A stretch of DNA of 64,000 nt. Origin: Podarcis cretensis (Eukaryota). Shown here piece by piece: positions 14,201 to 24,600 of the stretch. A program made the position numbers and the translations under genes. The stretch is taken from the NCBI GenBank assembly GCA_951804945.1, contig OX638164.1, positions 21,700,001-21,764,000 of the forward strand, in the 5' to 3' direction. The first letter of the stretch is position 1, and each line of letters starts with the position of its first letter. Below the pieces are notes generated by a model. That model worked only from the letters and a program-made list of their open reading frames with translations, had not been told where the DNA came from and did no database searches.

Positions 14201-14528
14201 CCAGAGTAATGAGAACCCAGATCTCCTGGTTTACAGCATCTTTCCTCAACCACTATTCCAGTAATTGCTTCAGGACAACTCACTGGCTTTCTTCTGCCTG
14301 TTTCCCACTTCCTCTCCTTCCTCCCCACCCATTGTACAGTCTGCAAGTTGTCTTCCTGAGGAGAAAGCACAGCACTTCTCGGAACATCTTGAATCTTGGG
14401 CTGCCAAGAGAGACCAAAGTGTGTTGCTGGGAATCAAGAGAAGTCTCATTGCGCAGAAAATCAAAGACGTTGAATCGGAACTGGCTCATTGTCTGAAAAT
14501 CCATCATGGTGGTCAGCTCAGCAGCTGA
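973..14528 (+). CDS. 3' part (last 10 coding exons, 532 aa + stop) of a large uncharacterised protein; C-terminus resembles the Gm9195/Gm32742/si:ch211-286b4.4-type giant proteins; 5' part lies upstream of the window
   Basis: Exons 973-1135, 1456-1625, 1726-1804, 2653-2811, 4274-4603, 6904-7022, 8647-8762, 11946-12075, 13401-13544, 14340-14528. All have AG/GT boundaries with matching phases, total 1599 nt with no internal stop, ending TGA at 14526-14528. Family call is recalled from the block [16 protein letters not shown]...[13 protein letters not shown]...[12 protein letters not shown] and is less certain than the gene model. Confidence 0.8.
1456..1625 (+). CDS. Uncharacterised large gene, exon ([18 protein letters not shown]...QQRCP)
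   Basis: ttttag acceptor, CCG|gtaag donor. Confidence 0.7.
1726..1804 (+). CDS. Uncharacterised large gene, exon ([13 protein letters not shown]...CEDQ)
   Basis: gtgtag acceptor, G|gtaag donor. Confidence 0.65.
2653..2811 (+). CDS. Uncharacterised large gene, exon (LDLQPRKSS...[15 protein letters not shown]...)
   Basis: ttgtcag acceptor, G|gtgat donor. Confidence 0.75.
2981..3335 (+). mobile_element. Sauria SINE
   Basis: tRNA-like head GGATGCGGGTGGCATTGTGGGTTAAACC, body with GTGCAAGTAGATAAATAGG, (ACCTTT)n tail. Confidence 0.9.
4078..4213. mobile_element. Short palindromic hAT-type MITE (related copies at about 3940-4068, 56611-56746, 59196-59328)
   Basis: Hairpin-like body around ctacagttcccatcatccct/gatgggagttgtag; TSD tcctagac/tccttgac. 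Confidence 0.7.
4274..4603 (+). CDS. Uncharacterised large gene, exon with the conserved-looking domain ([14 protein letters not shown]...NAMAHIKA)
   Basis: tttttccag acceptor, G|gtata donor, 330 nt open. Confidence 0.85.
4791..5045 (+). mobile_element. hAT-like MITE of about 250 bp (copy 1 of 3)
   Basis: Termini CAGGGGTCAGCAAACT / AGTTTGCCTACCCATG; closely similar copies at 7758 and 42296. Confidence 0.8.
5104..5187. repeat. (TTA)n / (TTAGTA)n microsatellite
   Basis: Seen directly. Confidence 0.95.
5825..6205 (-). mobile_element. Sauria SINE with TSD ttcattgtgata
   Basis: (AAAGGT)n tail on the + strand, full body, TSD at 5813-5824 and 6206-6217. Confidence 0.92.
6904..7022 (+). CDS. Uncharacterised large gene, exon ([27 protein letters not shown]...)
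   Basis: ctcccag acceptor, AAG|gtaat donor. Confidence 0.8.
7518..7743. mobile_element. Tc1/mariner (Tigger-like) MITE
   Basis: TIR CAGTGGTACCTC, TA target duplication. Confidence 0.85.
7758..8006 (-). mobile_element. hAT-like MITE (copy 2 of 3)
   Basis: Reverse complement of the 4791-5045 element. Confidence 0.8.
8245..8295. repeat. (AAC)n microsatellite
   Basis: Seen directly. Confidence 0.95.
8647..8762 (+). CDS. Uncharacterised large gene, exon ([38 protein letters not shown])
   Basis: tttcag acceptor, AG|gtagc donor; supplies the phase 0 to phase 2 link needed between its neighbours. Confidence 0.75.
11070..11410 (-). mobile_element. Ancient CR1/L2-type retroposon 3' remnant (related copies at about 7185-7500, 40730-41000, 45770-45820)
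   Basis: Shared cataagaacataag...ctgctggatcaggcc...cccatctagtccagc motif at several positions. Confidence 0.6.
11946..12075 (+). CDS. Uncharacterised large gene, exon ([18 protein letters not shown]...DLQ)
   Basis: long pyrimidine tract + ctcag acceptor, CAG|gtagc donor. Confidence 0.75.
13401..13544 (+). CDS. Uncharacterised large gene, exon ([20 protein letters not shown]..., coiled-coil-like)
   Basis: ttttctag acceptor, GCA|gtatgt donor. Confidence 0.8.
14340..14528 (+). CDS. Uncharacterised large gene, terminal exon (SASCLPEEK...[14 protein letters not shown]...SS*)
   Basis: pyrimidine tract + tacag acceptor, in-frame TGA. Confidence 0.8.
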   Translation, partial: SASCLPEEKAQHFSEHLESWAAKRDQSVLLGIKRSLIAQKIKDVESELAHCLKIHHGGQLSS

Positions 14529-15200
14529 GGGGAGACTGGCCAAAACTCTGAACCAGCAGGGAGCATTTAGTCGACTGTGTTTATTTCTTGCTGGAGTGAT
14601 CAACTCTTTACTTAAATACCTAAATCTCTTGGGACCTAAAGTATTGCAGTAGGGGTGAATCCAAGTAGCAAATTGGAGGCAACTGTTTTGGATACCAAAT
14701 GGTTTTAGGGCATGTGGATTACAATCTGGGGTCTTCTTATCATTTCTCTTTTTAAAATATTTGGGATCAGAGAGAAGGGGCTTTCAATGGCAGTGAGGGG
14801 ATTTCTCAACTTTTGTTGTAACTTTCAAAAGTTCACCAGTTTGCCTGCTACTGCTCCTTCCTTTCCAGTTAGTATCTAGGAAGGAAATTTTAAGTGCTCA
14901 GTAGATGTGCATTACTGATGTGTTGTGAGCAATATCATGTGAGTATTGTGCAGTTACAGAGTTATAATCCAATGTGCACATGATTTTCTTTGTACTTGCC
15001 AGTTTCAAATGAAAATAGGCAATAACTTTTTCAAAGGAGAAGGGAAGCCAAAAACAGGGTTTGGTCATTGCAGGTGTCAAAAATGAACAGAAGGAAAGGT
15101 GGTTAGTTCTGGCTCAAGATGACTTTGCATGAAAGAGAAGGTATGTATGGAATGTGTACACACAGAGAGGAAGTTTGAAAAATGGCAGTTTTGTTTACAG

Positions 15201-15202
<2 letters not shown>

Positions 15203-15251
<49 letters not shown>

Positions 15252-16150
15252 TTTTATTTATATCCCGCCCTCCCCAGCCGAAGCTGGGCTCAGGGCAGCT
15301 AACAACAATCAAAATAATCCAACGATTCTAAAAACATTTCATTATAAAAATTAATTAAAATCAAATTGACGGCAACCATTAAGCAAAATTCTGTGCAGAT
15401 TGCCAGAGAAGGGGGGTCAGGCTGCGCCCTGACCAAAGGCCTGGTGGAACAGCTCTGTCTTGCAGGCCCTGCGGAAAGATGTCAACTCCCGCAGGGCCCT
15501 AGTCTCTTGTGACAGAGCGTTCCACCAGATTGGAGCCGTGGCCGAAAAGGCCCTGGCTCTAGTTGAGGCCAGCCTAACCTCTCTGTGGCCTGGGATCTTC
15601 AAGATGTTTTTATTTGCAGACCGTAAGTTCCTCTGTGGGACATACCAGGAGAGGCGGTCCCGTAGGTACGAGGATCCTAGGCCGTATAGGGCTTTAAAGG
15701 TTAAAACCAGCACCTTAAACCTGATCCTGTACTCCACCGGGAGCCAGTGCAGCTGGTATAGTATCGGATGAATGTGATCTCGCAGCAAAGACCCCATAAG
15801 GAGTCTTGCCACGGCATTCTGCACCCGCTGGAGTTTCTGGGTCAGTCTCAAGGGTAGCCCCACATAGAACGAGTTACAATAATCCAGTCTGGAGGTGACC
15901 GTTGCGTGGATCACAGTGACTAGGTCAGGGCGAGAGAGATAAGGAGCCAACTGCTTAGCTTGGCGGAGATGAAAAAATGCCGCCTTTGTTATAGCTGTAA
16001 TCTGCGCCTCCATAGAGAGGGAGGTATCGAAGATTACACCCAAACTCTTAACGGATGATGCTGGCACTAATTGCACCCCCGCAAGAGATGGGAGTTGCCC
16101 CCTCAATCCCATATCGCCCCGTCCCAGCCAGAGGACCTCTGTCTTCAAAG
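15203..16150 (-). mobile_element. L2 LINE 3' fragment with (TAT)n tail
   Basis: ORF with VKSLGVIFD, TSRLDYCNS, LQRVQN, LHWLPV..RI.FK, RAFS..AP..WN motifs typical of L2 ORF2. Confidence 0.9.
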
Positions 16151-17112
16151 GAGACAAAATGACAGTTCTGAATTAATCTGATACACACCCAAAGAGTGGG
16201 TGGACATCTGAAAGGTTGCAGAATCCATAACTGCTAATCTGATGGATGCAGTTGAAAAATACGTGCATTATGTTGTAAAGTCGAGCAAAAATGTTAATTT
16301 CCATGGGAGATAAAAATGCAAATATAATAATGCCACATTTGAGAAATATTTGTTAGGTAGTTTATCTGAAAATCATCATGTAAATATTCAAAATGTGAGA
16401 GGAATCAGGATTGTGGTTGTGCCTCATGCTTCATGTTCTCAGTGGGAAAATAAATTCTGTTTGATCCTGTAACGAGTATCACAATAGTCACTATGAGCAT
16501 CTATAACAGCCGAACCACCTGACAAAGCAGACACTACTTGGAGAGCATTCGGATGTGGGGATTATTGTGTTACTTTGCCTGATTATAATGCTAGCGCCTC
16601 AGATTCTATCCCAGATTCTAATGTTCATTCCTTTTACACTGCATTACCCATTGTGTTATGGAACTGTGGCTTTTTTATTGCTACACTGCCTTTTCACACT
16701 AAATTTTCAATGACGGGAATAGAGCTGTGTGCTGGAATACCTCCCAGAGGTCAAGTGAAATTGCAACACACAAAAAACTCCCGTGCTTTTCTGGGTAACC
16801 GGGGTTGGAGACAGTTTTTCCCCCCCTCTGGAAGCAAATGCTGTGGAAATGAGTGCTAAACTTCTGCTAGATTTTTCCAGAAGTGGCTTTTATGTTGTAT
16901 AAGAGATCATGTGAAATTTGGAAATTATCAGGTAAGGAAATAAATGAAAACAGTATAAATTGCCCTCTGGATGCAGCCTCAGTGCCTCCTGCTACAACTA
17001 AGAGGGCCTAACACACTTTATGTTTGAGAAACATGACACCCGAAGTAGCATAATGGGGTATCCTGTACTTTAATTGGGTGAGTCCCCTTGGGTGGGTTCC
17101 CCATGCTTTAAT

Positions 17113-17468
17113 GCAGACACTCCAAGTGTCTCTCTTTTCCAGAGACAGTCTCAGATTTACAAAAACTGTCCTGGTCTCTGATTTGATCCCAGAATGTCTC
17201 ACTTTTCCTTAGAATATCCCTATTTTCATCAGCAAGATGTTGGAGGGTATGGCAAGACATCCTTATTTTCATTGGAGAAATGCTGGACAGTATGGAGTTG
17301 TGCAACCTCTGAGCCAAGGAGATAAGTAACTATATAACCTTTAGAAGACATTTGAAGGCAGCCCTTTATAGGGAAGGTATATAGTGTTTAATGTTTTATG
17401 ATGTCTTTGTATATGTTGGAAACTGCCCAGAGTGGCTGGGGCAACCCAGTCAGATGGGTAGGGTATAA

Positions 17469-17515
<47 letters not shown>

Positions 17516-17987
17516 TACTACTACTAGATGTTGTTGTTGTTGTTTAGTCATTTAGTCGTGTCCGACTCTTCGTGACCCCATGTACCAGAGCACGCCAGGC
17601 ACTCTTGCCTTCCACTGCCTCCCGCAGTTTGGTCAAACTCATGTTTGTGGCTTCGAGAACACTGTCCAACCATCTCATCCTCTATCATCCCCTTCTCCTT
17701 GTGCCCTCCATCTTTCCCAACATCAGGGTCTTTTCCAAGGAGTCTTCTCTTCTCATGAGGTGGCCAAAGTATAGGAGCCTCAGCTTCAGGATCTGTCCTT
17801 CCAGTGAGCACTCAGGGCTGATTTCCTTCGGAATGGATAGATTTGATCTTCTTGCAGTCCATGGGGCTCTCAAGAGTCTCCTCCAGCACCATAATTCAAA
17901 AGCAATTCTTCGGCGATCAGCCTTCTTTATGGTCCAGCTCTTGAACAGGACGCCCCAATTTTCATTGGAGAAATGTTGGAGAGTATG
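17113..17987. mobile_element. Composite DNA-transposon-like element with an internal L2 3' end, microsatellite and nested Bov-B
   Basis: Three repeats of a cc-t/c-attttcat...atg-t/c-tgga..gtatg unit (about 17218, 17261, 17953) bracket an L2 tail (about 17335-17470) and the Bov-B fragment. Confidence 0.55.
17527..17941 (-). mobile_element. Bov-B (RTE clade) LINE 3' fragment
   Basis: PWTARRSNLSIPKEISPECSLEGQILKLRLLYFGHLMRREDSLEKTLMLGK, (CAA)n tail. Confidence 0.92.
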
Positions 17988-18146
17988 CTAATGCTGTTCA
18001 TTTCAGACCTATTCGGATAACCAAGCACTTCCTTTATCCTAGATTTCCTGAGATCCTCATCCACATAGAAGTACATTAAGGCAGGTTCTTTGCTCGTGGA
18101 GGATGAGGTAATATTTACATGACTGGTAGAAAAGAGAGAAGGTTTC

Positions 18147-18205
18147 ATTGGCTCTGCTGCTGTTTACCAGGCTCATTGTTAGGGCAACATGTCACCCATG
18201 GAGAC
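18147..18205 (+). promoter_or_regulatory. Putative promoter cluster of the CXorf65/C22orf15-like gene: inverted CCAAT, forkhead site, two RFX X-box-like motifs
   Basis: ATTGG 18147-18151, TGTTTAC 18161-18167, ATTGTTAGGGCAAC 18175-18188, GTCACCCATGGAGAC 18191-18205; followed by a strong donor AAG|gtaagt at 18442 that would end a first exon. Confidence 0.5.
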
Positions 18206-18654
18206 GGAAACAAACCCAAGCAGCACTCAGCAATAAAGACACATGCATGCTGTTTCAGGCTGCTTGGAAAACAGCTACAATATCACTTTCATTTGCAAGG
18301 CTGGTGCAGAATTTGGGAACAAAGGTGGCAATTTACACCTGACCATCCAACGTTTTCCTGGCTCCGTGAGCTACATCAGTCCATCCCAGTTTTGGATTAG
18401 GGCTACTGATAGCAGCCTGCCATTGTCACATCATCCAGAAAGGTAAGTGATGGCTTGGGTCAGCAGGCATTTGTGGGTTGTCCTGCTACATTCTAATGCT
18501 GCATAGAAGAATAGCATGTTTTCCCCTCTCCATGTTCTCAATTCCTGGGCATTTGCTGAGGAGTCAGAGACTTCAACAGCATAATCAAGCTCAGTCTTTT
18601 ATATATTGACTTCATGGCACATTTCTTCCTTTCCCCTTCAGGTTTTCAGCAGAA

Positions 18655-18679
18655 ATGTTTGTAACTGTGCTTCATGGTG
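18655..18679 (+). CDS. CXorf65/C22orf15-like gene, first coding exon (MFVTVLHG)
   Basis: acceptor ttccccttcag ending 18641, gaaATG start, G|gtaagt donor. Confidence 0.8.
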
Positions 18680-21600
18680 GTAAGTGACCTTCTGGCCTTG
18701 AACCTTTGTTGTCTTGCAACAGGTGTGGGGAACCTTTGCCCTCCAAGGTTTGCAGAACTACACATCCCATCAGCCCCAGCAAGCACGGCCAATGGCCAGG
18801 GATGGTGGGAGCCAGCATCTTGAAATAGACTGGGAATCTGTGCAATTGTCTAAACACAGGGGGATACACATTTCCAGCACCTGGACCCAGTTAGCAACCC
18901 CACAGGCTGTATTTTCAGCTAAACTACAGTTTCCTTGCAATCTTCAAGGGCACATTATATTAGTCTAACCTGGAGGTTACAAGCATGTGAATGACAGCTG
19001 TTTCCCTTGGCTTTAACCTTGCATATGTTTTAAATTCATTATCGTTAGGTACTTTGGGAGATGTTTTACTGAAAGGTGGCATATAAATGGTTAAAATTAT
19101 TTTTCTTCAAAAAATGAAATCAATTTTAGCATTTTGTTTTTACATGGTAGAAAACAGGGCAGACATTTTTAACATTCACTGTGAAGTCCAGCGTCTCCTA
19201 GACGGCATCAAACGCCGCTGTGGCTGTGAGGACGAAGGTACAGTAGCTAAAAATCTTTGTGCACTTTGTATGTGTTTTTTTTGGGGGGGGGAGAGTGTGT
19301 ATCCATGCATTTAGATGTTTCAGTGGGTTACACTCACTGATAGTAAGCACCTTGATCCAGCAGAGACTTTGTCAAATCCTGGAGTGTGGAGGCTAATTGA
19401 GACAGCACTCAGTGCTCTGACACAGACATCCAGTCTCCTTGTGAGCATGTTTGCCTTTCTGTTAAAGCCTCCAAGGTATGTAGAAGCACATTCTTCAGAG
19501 AAGGCCTGACACAAATTGAACACGTGCAGAAAGCTCAAAATTTACGTTAGAAAAAAACAGGGATAGCATGTGAATGAATAACACTTGTCAGCTCTTGAAT
19601 CATGTGTTTCAGATGATATAGAGTTAGCAGACGAGAGTGGGCAGGTGAAGAATTTACTCCAGAACAAGCAGCGTTCCGCAACTGAGCTTCTGGGGGAACG
19701 TGAGGCCTATGTGCTCCTGGGTGTTACAAGTAGGTCGCTTGCACCAAATCTCTAGACTCCCATGTGGACAGGTATGGCAGTACAACTGCACAATGTGCAC
19801 CTAAAACCAAGGAAGTCTGAATCCAGTTCTCATGATAATTTATGCACACTGGAATCGGTACTATCTGTGCATGTAAAGGTAAAAGGTAAAGGACCCCTGG
19901 ATGGTTAAGTCCAGTCAAAGGCAACTATGGGATTGTGGCGCTCATCTCGCTTTCAGGCCGAGGGAGCTGGTGTTTGTCCACAGACAGCTTTCTGGGTCAT
20001 GTGGCCAGCATGACTAAACCACTTCTGGCACAACGGAACACCATGACAGAAACCAGAGCAGTGCACGGAAACGCCGTTTACCTTCCCGCCAGAGCGGTAC
20101 CTATTTATCTACTTGCACTTTGATGTGCTTTTGAACTGCTAGGTTGGCAGTAGCTGGGACCGAGCAATGGGAGCTCACCCTGTTGCAAGGATTCAAACTG
20201 CCAACCTTCCCAAGCCCAAGAGACTTAGTGGTTTAGACCGCAAGTTTAGACCTTTACCTGTGCATGTACAGATATGTGCACAAATGCACAGTTTTGCCTG
20301 TAAGGTCTGCTGCTGTGGGCCCTGAAACACTTTGCAAGAAGGTGAGCAGTTCCCTATTGCTTACAATTCTGCATTTGGGTCCACAAAGTGTAGCTACTTC
20401 TAGTGTTCTTTGCAGCCAATCCTATGCCTGTCACTCAGAGGCAAGGATAGGTGGATCTGTCTATTTTACCTCTGAGTCAATTTTGCATGCTTTCATTCCA
20501 CCCCATTTTCCTATGTATCTATGATTTTATAAAGAAAAATCTGCCTGAAAAACCATATTTAAAAACATATTTAACAATGTAAAGTATTTTATTAGAAAAC
20601 ATGTATTTCAGCATGTATGGGATCTCTTTTTTTTTTAATAATAATTTTTATTCGTTTTTCAAACAGATAACAAAAGTACCACAAAACAACATAATTTCCA
20701 ACTGATCGTTTCATACCCTTCTTTCTTTTGACTTCCCCATACCTCCCCATCCCTGCATTCTTGTTTAGTGATTCTTTAGCAACCCTTAGGTCCATTATCT
20801 TAATTCCCTTTCATAAAAGTTCCTTTAGTTTTTTTTTATTACTGCTGCAATTTCTTTACCTCTTACCCCCTGACATCTTAACATTCGTCAATTTTACAAT
20901 TGTTCTTGAGATATATTTTAAATTTCTTCCAGTCCTCTTCCACTGTCTCTTTCCCCTGGTCACGGATTCTGCCCGTCATCTCGGCCAGTCCCATAAAGTC
21001 AATCACCTTTGTTTGCCATTCTTCCAGAGTAGGTAGTTCTTGCGTCTTCCAATACTTTGCCAGTAGAATTCTTGCTGCTGTGGTGGCATACATAAAGAAA
21101 ATCCTATCCTTCTTTAACACCAATTGGCCAACCATGCCCAAGAGAAAAGCCTCTGGTTTCTTAGGAAAACTCCACCTAAGGACCTTCTTAATTTCATTAT
21201 AGATCATTTCCCAGAAAGCTTTAATCTTTGGGCAGGTCCACCAAAGGTGGTAAAAAGTGCCTTCAGTCTCATTACATTTCCAACACTTATTGTTAGGCAA
21301 ATGATAAATTTTTGCAAGCTTGACTGGGGTCATGTACCACCGATAGATCATTTTCATAATATTTTCTTTTAAAGCATTACATGCAGTAAATTTGATACCG
21401 GTGGTCCATAACTGTTCCCAGTCAGCAAACATAATATCATGACCGATATCTTGTGCCCATTTAATCATAGCTGATTTCACCGTTTCATCCTGTGTATTCC
21501 ATTTCAACAGCAAGTTATACATTTTTGATAAATTCTTAGTATTGGGTTCCAACAGTTCTGTTTCTAATTTTGACTTCTCTTTCTGAAATCCTATTTTTCT

Positions 21601-24600
21601 GTCCTGTTTAAATGTCTCATTTATCTGATGATAATGCAACCAATCTCGAACCTTAGGCTTTAGTTTCTCATAACTCTGAAGTTTCACCCTTTCACCATCA
21701 TATTCTAAAATTTCATGATATTTTGGCCATTTAGAGTCCATATTAAGCTTTTTTACTTCCCTAGCTTCCATTGGTGACACCCACCTAGGGGTTTTACTTT
21801 CCAGCAGATCTTTATATCTAATCCAAACGTTATACAATGCTTTCCTCACAATATGGTTTTTAAAACTTTTGTACACCTTTACCTTGTCATACCATAAATA
21901 TGCATGCCAACCAAAACTATTGTCATACCCTTCCAGGTCCAAAATGTCAGTGTTCTCAAGAAGTAGCCAGTGTTTCAACCAGCAGAAAGCTGCCGATTCA
22001 TAGTAAAGTCTTAAGTCCGGCAGGGCAAACCCCCCTCTATCCTTCGCATCAGTTAAAATCTTAAATTTAATTCTGGGCTTTTTGCCCTGCCAGACAAATT
22101 TTGATATGTCTTTCTGCCACTTCTTGAAACAATCCATCCTGTCCAAAATCTGTAACGTCTGAAATAAAAACAGCATTCTAGGCAATACATTCATCTTAAT
22201 AGTAGCAATTCGGCCTAACAAGGAAAGTTTCAACCTTGACCATATTTCCAGATCTTTCTTAACCTCTGCCCAAGTTTTTTCATAATTATCCTTAAATAAA
22301 TTCACATTCTTGGATGTTAAGTTTAACCCCAGGTATTTTACCCTTTTTGTTATTTCCAGGCCTGTTTCATTCTGAAAACTCTCTCTTTCTTCCATTGTTA
22401 AGTTTTTTTCCAACACTTTCGTTTTTTGTTTGTTCAATTTAAAACCTGCTACTCGACCAAATATTTCAATTAATTCTAATACTCTTTTAGTACTAGTGTC
22501 TGGCTGTTGCAAAGTCAATACTAGGTCATCTGCAAATGCTCTTAACTTGTAATGTCTAACTCCGACCTGAACTCCTTTAACCAACTGGTCCTTTCTAATC
22601 ATGTTTAACAAAACCTCCAGGACTGATATAAAAAGCAAAGGGGATATTGGGCATCCCTGCCGTGTACCTTTTTCTATAGGTATTTCTTCTGTAACCACAT
22701 TGTTTACAATTAGCTTGGCCTTTTGTTGAGAATATATTGCACCTATACCGTTTTCAAAACCTTGACCTACCCCCATCCCTTGGAGATTTTTTTTCATAAA
22801 AGTCCAGCAGATATTGTCAAAGGCTTTCTCCGCGTCTACAAAAATCAGGACTGCTTTCCTGTTAATGTCAACATCTAGCAATTCTAAAATGTCTATAATG
22901 TTCCTCACATTGTCTGACATATATCTCCCTGGGAGAAAGCCTGTTTGGTCCTTATGAATCTCCTCTATCAACACTCTTTTCAATCTTTTTGCCAAAATGT
23001 CTGCAAAAAATTTGTAATCCACATTGAGCAAAGATATAGGGCGGTAGTTTCTAACCTGGTTCTTCTCAGCTTCTGTCTTCGGTATAAGTGAGATAAAAGC
23101 CTCTTTCCACGATTCAGGTGCCTTTTTCCCCTTCAGGATTTCATTGCAAACTTCCTTCAATGGTTGTATTAAACATTCTTTCAGCATCTTGTAGTATTTA
23201 GCCGTCAGGCCATCTGGTCCTGGTGATTTTCCCAATTTCATATTTTGAATGGCACCCTCTATTTCTTGTTCTATTTCCTCATTTAGAGTCCTTTTACTTT
23301 GTTCTGGAATTTTTGGTAAGCCGTATTTTCTGATGAATTCTTCTATTTCTTGTTCATTAATTGGCCCTTGTGCATACAATTTCTTAAAAAAGCTTTGAAA
23401 GCAATTGTTTATCTCATTAGGTTTGTGGATAATTTTCCCATCCATTTCTAAACTGGTTACCGTGTTCATTTTCTGCCTTTTCTTCAATTGCCATGACAGA
23501 AGTTTCCCACACTTGTCCGCTGATTCGAAGGTTCTTTGTCTCTTTTGCTTTATCTTCCATTCTATTTGTTGGTTCATAAGCTCCATGTACTGCATCTGAT
23601 AAAACTTTATTTCTCTCAGAATCTCATGAGACTTTGGTTTGGACCTCAATTTCTTCTCTCCTTCTTTTATTTTTTCTAGGATTTTTTCCTTCCTCTCATT
23701 TTGTTGCTTCCTCTTTATAGAGTTCTGTTGAATTAGGAAACCTCGCATCACGGCTTTGCTTGTGTCCCAAATTATTCTTTTCTCCACATCTGTTTTCCTG
23801 TTAATCTCGAAATAATCTTTTAATGTTTTAAGGGCCTTCTTATGGATCTCTTCATCCTTAAATAGGGTGTCATTCATTCTCCATCTAAAGGATCCAGTTG
23901 TTGTTAGTTTCATCTCCATCTTCACCGCATTATGGTCGGAGCAAGTTTTTGGGCATATTTCTACTTTTTTTGTTCTTGACGCCAGACTACTAGAAATCCA
24001 AATTTGGTCTATTCTTGTCCATGTCATTTTTGCCTCAGAGAAGAAAGTTCCCTCTCTCTCTAGAGGATTCCTTGTTCTCCAAATATCAATCAAGTCCAGA
24101 GTTTCAGTCATTTCAAAAAAGATCTTTGGTAGTCTCCCTTCTTTTGAGATCACTTGTCTCTGTGCCTTATCCATGTTTGTTGAGACAACTCCAATGCCGT
24201 GTTCTAAACCGAATCTCAATGCCCGTGTTTCTAAACCGATTTTATATACATTTTAAAGCTCCTTTTGGTTAAAAAAAAAATTAACCAAGAACAGTATTGC
24301 AAAATTTGGAAAAATCTAGTGTTCTGATCTACACTCTAGTCCAAGAGATGAAAATCAAATTGGTTCATGTGAGAATTTGTGGAAATCCATTTTTTCAACC
24401 AGCTCTACTTGTGAGTGAGAACCCACTGAAAATAAGTTTTGCTTCTAATAGAATGTGCTTAGTTAGAACAACGATGCTAGCCACAGCTGTGATGGGCAGC
24501 TGTTCTGCCATGTCTTTGCCAGATAGCTCAACTCTTGCGCTTTATTCTGACTGCTAAACAGGACATTCCATCCCTACCCCTAACCACACACTATAATTGT

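Noticed and set aside
20878-24219. 1113-aa ORF as a host gene or autonomous element
   Set aside because: It is a 5'-truncated L1 ORF2; the first residues come from flanking DNA and the start is not a true ATG
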